This document shows, in pieces, positions 7,073 through 16,000 of a stretch of 60,735 bases of DNA. The first letter of the stretch is position 1. Every line of letters starts with the position of its first letter. Made by a program: the position numbers and the translations under genes. The notes under the pieces were generated by a model. That model saw nothing but the letters and a program-made list of their open reading frames with translations. It ran no database searches and was not told the origin of the DNA. Origin of the DNA: a virus (taxonomy: Duplodnaviria > Caudoviricetes); the IMG/VR virus record IMGVR_UViG_3300020395_000007, positions 1 through 60,735 of that record, one strand, 5' to 3'.

Positions 7073-7103
7073 AATGTTAGTTTTTGTTGTTATCTTAGCG
7101 AGC

Positions 7104-7132
7104 ATTATATCACAAACGCTCGTAAAATACAA
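7104..7132 (-). promoter_or_regulatory. Minus-strand extended -10 promoter candidate facing the DnaA-box cluster
   Basis: Reverse strand reads TTGTAT-17bp-TATAAT with TG at the extended position. Confidence 0.4.
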
Positions 7133-7209
7133 GGAGATTGTTGAGAAATAGTCACATAAGTCTCTGAAGTGTTTATAACAACAAAAAACTCTAAATATCG
7201 TATATAAAG

Positions 7210-7238
7210 TTGACAAAATCGTTCAGATAATGTAGACT
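7210..7238 (+). promoter_or_regulatory. sigma70-like promoter
   Basis: TTGACA-17bp-TAGACT. Confidence 0.7.
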
Positions 7239-7268
7239 ACTTATTAACACTCACCCTCCTCTAATCTC

Positions 7269-7442
7269 ATGTCAGTTTCTAACATTTACGGGCAGAAGAG
7301 TAAGTATAGAATAACCCTGGAGATTGAAGCACTAGATGATTTTAATCCCCATCAAATTAACTGGGATAAAGTATTAGATATGCAGGACAATGAGAGTGTA
7401 GAAAGTGTTATCGAAGATCTGAACATTCCAGTCAGTTGGTAA
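7269..7442 (+). CDS. Conserved cyanophage small protein (57 aa)
   Basis: KYRITLEIEALDDFNPHQINWDKVL...EDLNIPVSW. Confidence 0.7.
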   Translation: MSVSNIYGQKSKYRITLEIEALDDFNPHQINWDKVLDMQDNESVESVIEDLNIPVSW

Positions 7443-7446
7443 CAAT

Positions 7447-7476
7447 GGGGAACCTCTAAATTGTCCCTATAATGTA
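7447..7476 (+). promoter_or_regulatory. Dispersed repeat copy 5 (putative early promoter)
   Basis: GGGGAACCTCTAAATTGTCCCTATAATGTA; here the -10 is a perfect TATAAT. Confidence 0.75.
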
Positions 7477-7543
7477 TAAGACCAGTGCAGTAAGTCTCTA
7501 AACTGTTTGTATAACTTATCAACCTTAATTACAGGTCTTAATT

Positions 7544-7672
7544 ATGTCTAACAGTGCAGTACAGTTTGTAACACCTAACTTTGCAGAATTCCTCTTGGAA
7601 AATGCAAACAATGGTAATGAAATCTTGGCAGTTCTAGATGATATTGTGGAGGGTGCAGATACAGTGTTATAA
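7544..7672 (+). CDS. Small hypothetical protein (42 aa)
   Basis: FAEFLLENANNGNEILAVLDDI; first ORF after repeat copy 5. Confidence 0.6.
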   Translation: MSNSAVQFVTPNFAEFLLENANNGNEILAVLDDIVEGADTVL

Positions 7673-7685
7673 ATGTAAACAACTG

Positions 7686-7727
7686 TTAGGGTGCTATTTG
7701 ACACATAGTGCCCTAATATGCTATAAT
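7686..7727 (+). promoter_or_regulatory. sigma70-like promoter with the -35 inside a hairpin loop
   Basis: TTGACA(7698)-18bp-TATAAT(7722) with TG extension; TTAGGGTGCTAT/ATAGTGCCCTAA arms. Confidence 0.7.
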
Positions 7728-7875
7728 AAATGACAGTGATATGACAGTTATTTCGCCCTTATGTTATAACGTTGCGTCGGGCGTTGCGTATATAAAAAAA
7801 GATAGAGACCCTAACCTACAGAGGTGACAGATCGAGTTGTATATATAAAAATCTCAAAAAAATTCTGAGACCTGT

Positions 7876-8409
7876 ATGGATTTTATTTTTGGCACACCTC
7901 TATGGAAATTGAATTCTGATTCCTTCGATGAGAAAAAAATCACGGAGGAAATTTTTAATGCTCAGAGGTCAGACCCAAAAGGATTGAATGTAAGTAATAT
8001 TGGAGGGTATCACAGTGGGTATGACTTTGATACTCCGCTAACAAATGAGTATATACGGAGTAGACTAGAAGGTGAGGGAGGTTTAGATTTCCCCCATAGA
8101 GTAGTAGCAAGATGGTTTAATATTAATCACAAAGGTAATGCGAATTATCCTCATACACATAACTCGGTAGGATTGTCTGGGGTTTTGTTTATTACTGATG
8201 CACCTGGATTAGTACTAAGCAATCCTTCACAGGTAGTAACTAACCTAAGAAGTATGGTTAGTTTTAATGGGGTAGACTATGTACATACTATTAACGGTAA
8301 AGCAGGAGAGATAGTTGTATTCCCTTCAAGCATCTTACATTGGGTAGAACCTAGTAAAGTAGAGACCCCTCGGATAACCTTTGCATTTAATGTAGAGTTA
8401 AATATATAA
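7876..8409 (+). CDS. 2OG-Fe(II) oxygenase (TIGR02466-like)
   Basis: WFNIN...PHTH...LSGVLFI...VVFPSSILHWVEP...RITFAFN. Confidence 0.85.
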   Translation: MDFIFGTPLWKLNSDSFDEKKITEEIFNAQRSDPKGLNVSNIGGYHSGYDFDTPLTNEYIRSRLEGEGGLDFPHRVVARWFNINHKGNANYPHTHNSVGLSGVLFITDAPGLVLSNPSQVVTNLRSMVSFNGVDYVHTINGKAGEIVVFPSSILHWVEPSKVETPRITFAFNVELNI

Positions 8410-8422
8410 AAACAAACACATT

Positions 8423-8671
8423 ATGGATTCAACTACTTATCACATCTATGCAAAAGATAAAGTACTATATTGCAATTTACCTCATGAAGAATTTGAGGAG
8501 AAATGGGAGTTATTGCATGTAATGGTAGATTTATTAGAGAGTAAGTATTCAGCAGATGATCTAAGTTATATTCGGTTAGGTCCAAAGTGTGGAGTAGGGG
8601 GACCAGGAAGAGTTGTTAGTGTAGAAAATGATATGTACAATAAGTGTGAGTGGGAAGAGGATTCCTATTGA
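8423..8671 (+). CDS. Conserved cyanophage hypothetical protein
   Basis: YHIYAKDKVLYCNL..EEFEEKW. Confidence 0.75.
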   Translation: MDSTTYHIYAKDKVLYCNLPHEEFEEKWELLHVMVDLLESKYSADDLSYIRLGPKCGVGGPGRVVSVENDMYNKCEWEEDSY

Positions 8672-8696
8672 CATATACATATATTCTTAGTATAAT
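8668..8696 (+). promoter_or_regulatory. Consensus sigma70 promoter
   Basis: TTGACA-17bp-TATAAT, perfect. Confidence 0.85.
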
Positions 8697-8718
8697 TGAT
8701 TTGTAGCTACTAGGAATT

Positions 8719-9522
8719 ATGGCAAAAGGATTTACGGTAAAAGCGAATAAACCATCATCTAAAAAAGAAGACTGGGATATTCCTGCTATCAAACAGAGAA
8801 TGAAAGGTAAGACAGTAGTATTTTGTCTTCCAGGTAGAGGAGTATCTTACATATATCTGAAGAACTTTGTGCAGTTATGCTTTGACATGGTTCAGAACGG
8901 TATGTCCATCCAGATATCACAGGACTACTCTTCTATGGTTAACTTCGCAAGATGTAAGTGTCTTGGAGCAAATGTATTACGTGGACCAGATCAGATACCT
9001 TGGGATGGTAAACTAGAATACGACTACCAGTTATGGATTGACTCGGATATTGTCTTTGATACTAACAAGTTCTGGCAATTATGCGATATGGCGATTCCTG
9101 CTGATGCGGTCACTGAGGATGGTTCAATTGACGATACTAAGAAGAAGAAAATCGTTTCAGGATGGTATTGCACAGAGGATGGCAAAACTACATCTGTCGC
9201 ACACTGGTTAGATGAAGATGATTTCCGTAAGAATGGTGGAGTTATGAACCACGAAACCATTGAGTCTATCAGTAAGCGTAAGAAGCCTTTCACAGTAGAC
9301 TATGCAGGATTCGGATGGTTAATGATAGAGAAGGGAGTCTTCGAGGATGAGAAGATGAAGTACCCTTGGTTTGCTCCTAAGATGCAAGTCTTCGAGAGTG
9401 GTAGTGTCCAGGATATGTGCGGTGAAGACGTATCATTCTGCTTAGATGCAATGGATGCAGGTTTCGAGATCTGGTGCGATCCTCGTATTCGTGTAGGGCA
9501 CGAAAAATCTCGTATCATCTAA
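8719..9522 (+). CDS. Glycosyltransferase-like (GT-A fold) conserved cyanophage protein
   Basis: LWIDSD (DxD), GFGWLMI, GEDVSFC, VGHEK. Confidence 0.75.
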   Translation: MAKGFTVKANKPSSKKEDWDIPAIKQRMKGKTVVFCLPGRGVSYIYLKNFVQLCFDMVQNGMSIQISQDYSSMVNFARCKCLGANVLRGPDQIPWDGKLEYDYQLWIDSDIVFDTNKFWQLCDMAIPADAVTEDGSIDDTKKKKIVSGWYCTEDGKTTSVAHWLDEDDFRKNGGVMNHETIESISKRKKPFTVDYAGFGWLMIEKGVFEDEKMKYPWFAPKMQVFESGSVQDMCGEDVSFCLDAMDAGFEIWCDPRIRVGHEKSRII

Positions 9523-9770
9523 TGACTGATAAAGCAATCGTAGAGTGGATAGAACACCACTTAGATAAAAAGGAAACTAATGATCTATGGGATCTACAAG
9601 CAGCGATTCTTACAGAACTGTCGAAGCGTGACTCGGTTCAATATCGGGTTCGTGCCTCGACAGAATCCGTAGCAGCGAAACTCGATACTCTCTCAGGTGA
9701 AGAGAAAAGAGATCTTCTTATCAGAGAAGTCGAAGACTATGAAAACACACATGACTCGGAGGGATGTTAA
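9522..9770 (+). CDS. Hypothetical protein
   Basis: TAATG overlap start, MTDKAIVEWIE. Confidence 0.7.
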   Translation: MTDKAIVEWIEHHLDKKETNDLWDLQAAILTELSKRDSVQYRVRASTESVAAKLDTLSGEEKRDLLIREVEDYENTHDSEGC

Positions 9771-9911
9771 ATGGCAAAGATGTTCAATACTAATGTTGAT
9801 CATATAGAATCAAAACCGAAAAAAACTCGGCAAGGAAAAGGAAAGCACACTAAGTATGCCGCTTCCTCTCGTAATGCTGCTCCTAAAAGAAGTAGGGGGC
9901 AAGGCAAATAG
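9771..9911 (+). CDS. Small basic conserved cyanophage protein (46 aa)
   Basis: GGAGG RBS; PKKTRQGKGKHTKYAASSRN...RGQGK. Confidence 0.7.
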   Translation: MAKMFNTNVDHIESKPKKTRQGKGKHTKYAASSRNAAPKRSRGQGK

Positions 9912-10468
9912 ACTATAAGGTATACAAATCCAATATAGTCACTAAGTATCATGATGAATTGAGTAATGTTATTGACCATGCGGTTAATACTACTCAGCAT
10001 CATGATATTTTTGGTTCTGATTTTACCTGGTCATATGGTAAGTATAATGTATTTGGACTTACATCAGCAACAAAAGTATTCTATGACCTTTATTGCGAGT
10101 TAAATGAATTCGTATATGATTATAATGGTAATGGGGACTTATGGATGCAAAGTTGGTTAAATTATCATGAAAAAGGAGGTTTATTAGATTGGCACGGACA
10201 TCAATGGCCAATACATGGTTATATTTCTATTAGACCTCATAATACAAAAACAATTTTTAGAAACCCCGAATATGAAATAATAAATGAAGTTGGTAATGTT
10301 TATATTGGTCCAGGATATAGAGAACATAAGGTTATAAGTCCTAATACTCATTTTGATACCAATAGAATTACCCTTGGATTTGATATATTAAAGGATGTAC
10401 CCCCACATGCACTTACAGGCAATATAGGACTGATACCTTTTCCTCAAATAAATAAAGAGAGCTCTTAA
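9908..10468 (+). CDS. 2OG-Fe(II) oxygenase-like protein (start uncertain: ATA 9908 or TTG 9959)
   Basis: WMQSWLNYH...DWHGH...HGYISI...REHKV...RITLGFD. Confidence 0.7.
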   Translation: MDYKVYKSNIVTKYHDELSNVIDHAVNTTQHHDIFGSDFTWSYGKYNVFGLTSATKVFYDLYCELNEFVYDYNGNGDLWMQSWLNYHEKGGLLDWHGHQWPIHGYISIRPHNTKTIFRNPEYEIINEVGNVYIGPGYREHKVISPNTHFDTNRITLGFDILKDVPPHALTGNIGLIPFPQINKESS

Positions 10469-10475
10469 TATTTTT

Positions 10476-10637
10476 ATGCACGATTTTTTAGATAACCTGC
10501 CAAACCAACAACATCAGAAAATGCTACGTGAGATAGCAAATGATGGTATAACACCTAAAAAAACTGATTATAAAGTGAATAATGACCTATATGAAGCAGA
10601 TGAATTAGACTATGATGAAGAACTTTATAAATCTTGA
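10476..10637 (+). CDS. Conserved small protein upstream of gp25 (53 aa)
   Basis: MHDFLDNL...QKMLREIAND; TAAATA upstream. Confidence 0.65.
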   Translation: MHDFLDNLPNQQHQKMLREIANDGITPKKTDYKVNNDLYEADELDYDEELYKS

Positions 10638-10638
10638 C

Positions 10639-10644
10639 TAAATA
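10639..10644 (+). promoter_or_regulatory. T4-type late promoter core
   Basis: CTAAATA about 25 bp upstream of gp25. Confidence 0.6.
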
Positions 10645-10668
10645 ATAAAATAGTAACAATATTTTATA

Positions 10669-11070
10669 ATGCCTCTAGAAAGAGTCAGTCAAGGTTTTAA
10701 GGATATTAGTATGACCTTTCAGTCTAATCCACTGAACGGTGATTTAATAGGAATTAAGAACGAAAATGCTATTGCACGTTCTGTACGTAATATAGTATTC
10801 ACTCTTCCTGGTGAAAAACCCTTTGATCCTACATTTGGGTCAAGAATTAATAGAACGCTTTTTGAGAATCTTGATAATATCTCTGCATCCCAAATTGTTA
10901 GTGAAATTGAGCAATCAATTAAAAATTATGAACCAAGGGTTGAATTAATTGATGTTATAGCAGACCCTAATTATGATAACAATTCATATGATGTCACTAT
11001 AATATATGAAATTATAGGAGCAGACGTTCCACAACAACAGTTACAATTCGTTTTGCAGCCAACTAGGTAA
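10669..11070 (+). CDS. gp25: Baseplate wedge subunit gp25
   Basis: AIARSVRNIVFTLPGEKPFDPTFGS...IKNYEPRV. Confidence 0.92.
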   Translation: MPLERVSQGFKDISMTFQSNPLNGDLIGIKNENAIARSVRNIVFTLPGEKPFDPTFGSRINRTLFENLDNISASQIVSEIEQSIKNYEPRVELIDVIADPNYDNNSYDVTIIYEIIGADVPQQQLQFVLQPTR

Positions 11071-11071
11071 A

Positions 11072-13018
11072 ATGCCACTAGTCAATTTCTCAAACCTTGA
11101 TTTCGATCAGGTTAAAACAACACTTAAAGATTATTTACGGGCAAACTCTAAGTTTACCGACTATGATTTTGATGGATCTAATTTATCCACGATAATAGAT
11201 CTTCTGGCATACAATACCTATATTACTTCTTATAATGCCAACATGGTATCTAATGAAGTATTCATTGATAGTGCAACTTTAAGAGAAAATGTAGTCTCTT
11301 TAGCAAGAAATATTGGATATTTACCAAGATCAAGGACTGCATCAAGGGCATCAGTTAGTTTTTTCGTAAATACATCAAATATTACCCCTAGACCATCGAC
11401 AATAACCCTTCAACCAGGACCAGTAGCATCAACATCAGGTTCATTTGGCGGTCAATCTTACATTTTTTCCATTTTAGAACCAATAACACGACCTGTAATA
11501 GATGGAATTGCTCAATTTAACGATATTGTCCTCTATGAAGGCACACTATTAACGCAAAATTACACATATACGTCTCAAAACCCAAATCAGAGGTTTGTTT
11601 TACCTAATATAGGGGTTGATACTACCTTAATTAACATAAAAGCAGGTACAACTAACCAAAAATTCAAGTATTCTTACCAAGATAACCTTTTTGAGATAGA
11701 TAAGGACTCAAAAGTCTTTTATGTACAAGAAATTGAAGATGAAAGGTACGAAATCTTCTTTGGTGATGGTGTTTTTGGTAGAAAATTGCAAGAAGGTGAA
11801 GAAATTAACGTAAAATACATCGTTTCTAACGGTGAAATGGCAAATGGAGTCAATCAGTTTACATTTAGTGGTAGATTGACCTATATTCAGGGTTCTGGTG
11901 TTCATAATGTTGCTAGTGGCATCTCTTTATTGACAACAGGGTCAAGTGGGTCTGGTGGAGAGGAAATTGAGGGTGTTGATTCAATTAAAAAGTTTGCACC
12001 TAGAGTTTATGCGTCTCAAAACCGTGCTTTAACTGCAAATGACTACGAATCACTAGTTCCAGCAAAAATTTACCCCGAAACAGAGTCAATTTCTGTTTTT
12101 GGAGGTGAAGAATTGGTTCCACCTCAATATGGAAAGGTTTTTATCAGCATAAAACCAAGATTTGGTGATTTTTTACCAAATTTAGTGAAAGAACAGATAA
12201 AATTGAAGTTGAAAAAGTATGCAGTAGCAGGAATTGTCCCAGAAATCCTGGATCTTAAGTATCTTTACGTTGAAATTGACTCAAAAATCTATTATAACAG
12301 TAATTTGGTTGGAAATGCGGAAGAAGTTTCTTCAATTGTGTCAAATAATGCTGCAAGATACGCAGATTCTACTGAATTGAACAAATATGGAGCAAGATTT
12401 AAGTATAGTAAGTTCCTAAACATCATTGATCAGAGTCATGAGTCTGTTACATCCAATATTACTACTGTTCAGATAAGAAGAGACCTTAGATTAGTGACAA
12501 ATTCCTTTGCAGAGTACTCTGTTGGGTTCGGAAATGCCTTTTATATCAAGAATATGAATGGTTATAACATCAAATCTTCTGCATTTAAGGTATCTGGACT
12601 AGATTATAATGTATATTTGTCAGATGTTCCCGATACAAATCTCGAAACTGGTACATTATTCTTATTTTCTGTTCCTAATGCCAACTCTACATCACCTACC
12701 GTAATTAGACGTAATGTTGGGTATATAAATTATACTAAGGGAATAGTTACATTGAACCCAATTAACATAACATCGGGTAAATTAAAGGATGGTCAAGCAA
12801 TTCTTGAGATCTCTGCTTGTCCTAAATCCAATGACGTGATTGGATTGCAGGATTTATACTTACAATTAGACACAAGCAACAGTAAATTTGAGCCAATTGT
12901 TGATGAAATTTCATCAGGACTCGATCCTGCGGCATCTAATTACATCGTAACCTCTAGTTATCAAAATGGAGCCTTGGTTAGAGGAGAAACTACTACATCA
13001 ACTACATCTGCATACTAA
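11072..13018 (+). CDS. gp6: Baseplate wedge protein gp6
   Basis: LDFDQVK...DYDFDGSNLS...LAYNTY...EVFIDSATLRENVVSLAR; FGDGVFG; QNRALTANDY. Confidence 0.92.
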   Translation: MPLVNFSNLDFDQVKTTLKDYLRANSKFTDYDFDGSNLSTIIDLLAYNTYITSYNANMVSNEVFIDSATLRENVVSLARNIGYLPRSRTASRASVSFFVNTSNITPRPSTITLQPGPVASTSGSFGGQSYIFSILEPITRPVIDGIAQFNDIVLYEGTLLTQNYTYTSQNPNQRFVLPNIGVDTTLINIKAGTTNQKFKYSYQDNLFEIDKDSKVFYVQEIEDERYEIFFGDGVFGRKLQEGEEINVKYIVSNGEMANGVNQFTFSGRLTYIQGSGVHNVASGISLLTTGSSGSGGEEIEGVDSIKKFAPRVYASQNRALTANDYESLVPAKIYPETESISVFGGEELVPPQYGKVFISIKPRFGDFLPNLVKEQIKLKLKKYAVAGIVPEILDLKYLYVEIDSKIYYNSNLVGNAEEVSSIVSNNAARYADSTELNKYGARFKYSKFLNIIDQSHESVTSNITTVQIRRDLRLVTNSFAEYSVGFGNAFYIKNMNGYNIKSSAFKVSGLDYNVYLSDVPDTNLETGTLFLFSVPNANSTSPTVIRRNVGYINYTKGIVTLNPINITSGKLKDGQAILEISACPKSNDVIGLQDLYLQLDTSNSKFEPIVDEISSGLDPAASNYIVTSSYQNGALVRGETTTSTTSAY

Positions 13019-13023
13019 AATAA

Positions 13024-16000
13024 ATGATATCCACCACAGATAAAAGAATACAGTTTAATAATATAGTTGAAAATCAACTTCCTTCTTATGTTAAGGAAGA
13101 TTATCCTCTAATTAACGACTTCTTAAAGCAATATTACATTGCTCAAGAGTTTGATGGTGCTCCTGTTGATCTAATACAGAATATTGATAAGTATATTAAG
13201 CTTGATAATACTACAAATATAGTAGATTCTATTGTTTTAGGTACTGATGTAGAGATTACTGATACTGATATTGTTGTAGATTTAATAAAAACACCTGAAG
13301 GAACCAATGGATTCCCCGATACTTATGGTTTAATTAAGATTGATGACGAAATTATAACTTATGAAAGCAAAACAATAACAACTTTTGTTAATTGTCATAG
13401 AGGATTTTGTGGTATTACCTCTTTTACTGAAGAAGCAAACGCAGAAAATTTAGTTTTTAGGAGTACTGAGAGGCAAGCACACTCAAAAGGTACTGAAATA
13501 GAAAATTTAAGTGTATTATTCTTAAAAAAATTCTTAACAAAGACAAAACAGCAAATATTACCAGGTATTGGTGAAAGAGAATTAACACCAAATCTTAATC
13601 AAAACGTTTTTATAAAGCAATCAAGTGATTTTTATTCGTCTAAAGGTACTGATAAGTCCTTTAAGATACTCTTTAAGGCACTTTATGATCAAGATGTAAG
13701 TGTTATAAAGCCTAGAGATAACCTTTTTACACCATCAAATGCTAATTATAAGGTTGCTGATAACTTTATAGTAGAAAGTTTTTCTGGTGATCCTGAAGAA
13801 TTAGGTACTGCTACCCTATTCCAGGATCCATATGAAGATACTATCACTAAAGCATATGCTCCAATAACATATGTTGAGAAAGTATCTACAGGAACTGCTG
13901 GTGTTGGTAAGACATTTTACAAACTTGCGGTAGATTCTGGTTATAGTAGGAGTGGAATGACTGATGGTGCAATTTATGGTAAGTTTTCCGTTCATTCTAA
14001 AACTAGAGTAATAGGTAATGTAGGTATAGGAACTACTGTTTTAGACGTAGATTCTACAGTAGGATTCCCAAATAGTGGTGAATTATCAATACAATATAAA
14101 AATTTATCAATTGGAATCGTATCTTATACCGCAAAGTCATTAACACAGTTCTATGGATGTACAAATCTGAACGGTGTTATATTAGATGGCACTGATGTTG
14201 GTATAAACACGTATGCATATGGATATTCTTCTTTAGATCAGAATAAAGTTATTAAAATAAAGATAAATTCTGTTATTAATTCGTTAAATTTTGATTCTGA
14301 TGCTTATGGATATGAATCTGGTGATAAAATAAAAATTAATACGTTAGGTATTGGTGCTACTGGATTTAAGTCTAATAATTGGTTTTATAATGGATGTCCT
14401 GTTTACGTAGTAAATTCATTTGAGTTAGTTGATGCTTCTGACCAAACTTGGGAAATTACCTTAAATAAAGATCATTTCTTTAAGGTAGGTGATGCTGCAG
14501 TACTTAATGGTAGAGATAGTTCACCTAGAAAATGTGAAATTGTATCAATTTCTTCTTCTAAATCCTTTGTTATAAGTGGACAAGGAGCACTTTCTACTTC
14601 TGATGTCTATAATATAAGAAGAACTATATCAAAAGCAGTACCTAGTGGTAGTAATGCAATTGGTGCAGGTATTTCAGTATTTTCTACTGATATACAGAAT
14701 GTTTATTTGGATAATGATAAGTTATTGGTTGCATCACCATCAATACCTTCTTATGGTACTCAACCATTAGATGCTTATGATCATTCAGTCACTTTTAGTG
14801 GAACTTTTAGTGGAATTAATTGGGAAATATCATCTCAGGATCATGCATTCTATACTGGGGATTCGATATACTATTCACCTAATAAAATAACTCAGAATTT
14901 TATTAACTCTGCTGGTCAACCTACTAGTAGAATAGTAGATGGTCCTGGTCTTGTTGATGAAGGAATATACTTTATTGAAAGAGTTGATCTTAATACCATA
15001 AAACTTGCAAAATCTAAGTCAGATCTTTTAAATAACAGATATCTTAGTATTCCAGATAATGCACCAATAACAGTAACTGATAATAAAATTCAGAAAAGTG
15101 TCTATAATAATAAGATTTTAGAAACACAAAAAATATTAAGAGAAATAGATTCTCCTAATAATGAAGGGCAAGAGACAAAAACAAAAGCAGGATTTACTGG
15201 TATTCTTATTAATGGTGTAGAAATTCTTAATTATAAATCTAGGGATTACATTTATCATGGTGAAGTTAAGAGTGTAGATTTATTATCAACTGGATCTGAT
15301 TATGATGTAATTAATCCACCACCATTAAAAATTGATGATAATGTAGGAACAGGTGCAACTGGTCATGTATCAGTATCGGGTTCTATAAAAGAAGTTAGAA
15401 TTGTTGATCCTGGTTTTGATTATCATGAAAAACCTATTATTACTGTTAGTGGTGGTAATGGATTTGGAGCAGTATTGACTCCAAATATGAAACTTATCCC
15501 ACATCAAGTTAAATTTGATGCTACTCAAAAGGGTGAAAGAATTATATTAGGTCAAGCTAATTCTCTTATTAATTTTACTCAAAAACATAAATTCCTGACT
15601 GGTGAAAGAATTGTTTATATTAGTGATAGTGAAACAGCAGTTGGTGGATTAAGTACCGCATCAAATTATTATGTTGATGTTATTAATGATTATAAGATTA
15701 GACTTCATAATAAGCCATGGGAAGCAATTGTAGGTCTTAATACAATTACATTTACTTCATATGGTACAGGTAATCAGATAATTAAGTCTTATGCTAATAA
15801 GAGTGTATTAGAATCGATTAATATTGTTAATTCAGGTACAGGATATGAAAATAAAAAGCGAGTAACTGGAACTAGTGGAATAAGCACATCCCTCAATACT
15901 ATTAATATTAGTAATCATGGTTATTCCTCTGGTGAAAGGATCACATATACCTCTCAGGAGACCCCTGTAGGCGGTTTAACAAGCGGAAATGACTATTATG

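Noticed and set aside
242-7476. The 33-bp repeat as a CRISPR array or integron attC series
   Set aside because: Copies are 1-2.5 kb apart and separated by multi-gene blocks. There is no cas or integrase gene in the window and no attC R-box pattern. The -10 hexamer favours a promoter.
644-9521. Upstream TTG/GTG/ATG starts in the track for ORFs 644, 2052, 4553, 5556, 6348 and 9474
   Set aside because: They begin inside terminators or other genes. Downstream ATGs (686, 2172, 4616, 5604, 6384, 9522) fit RBS and overlap patterns better.
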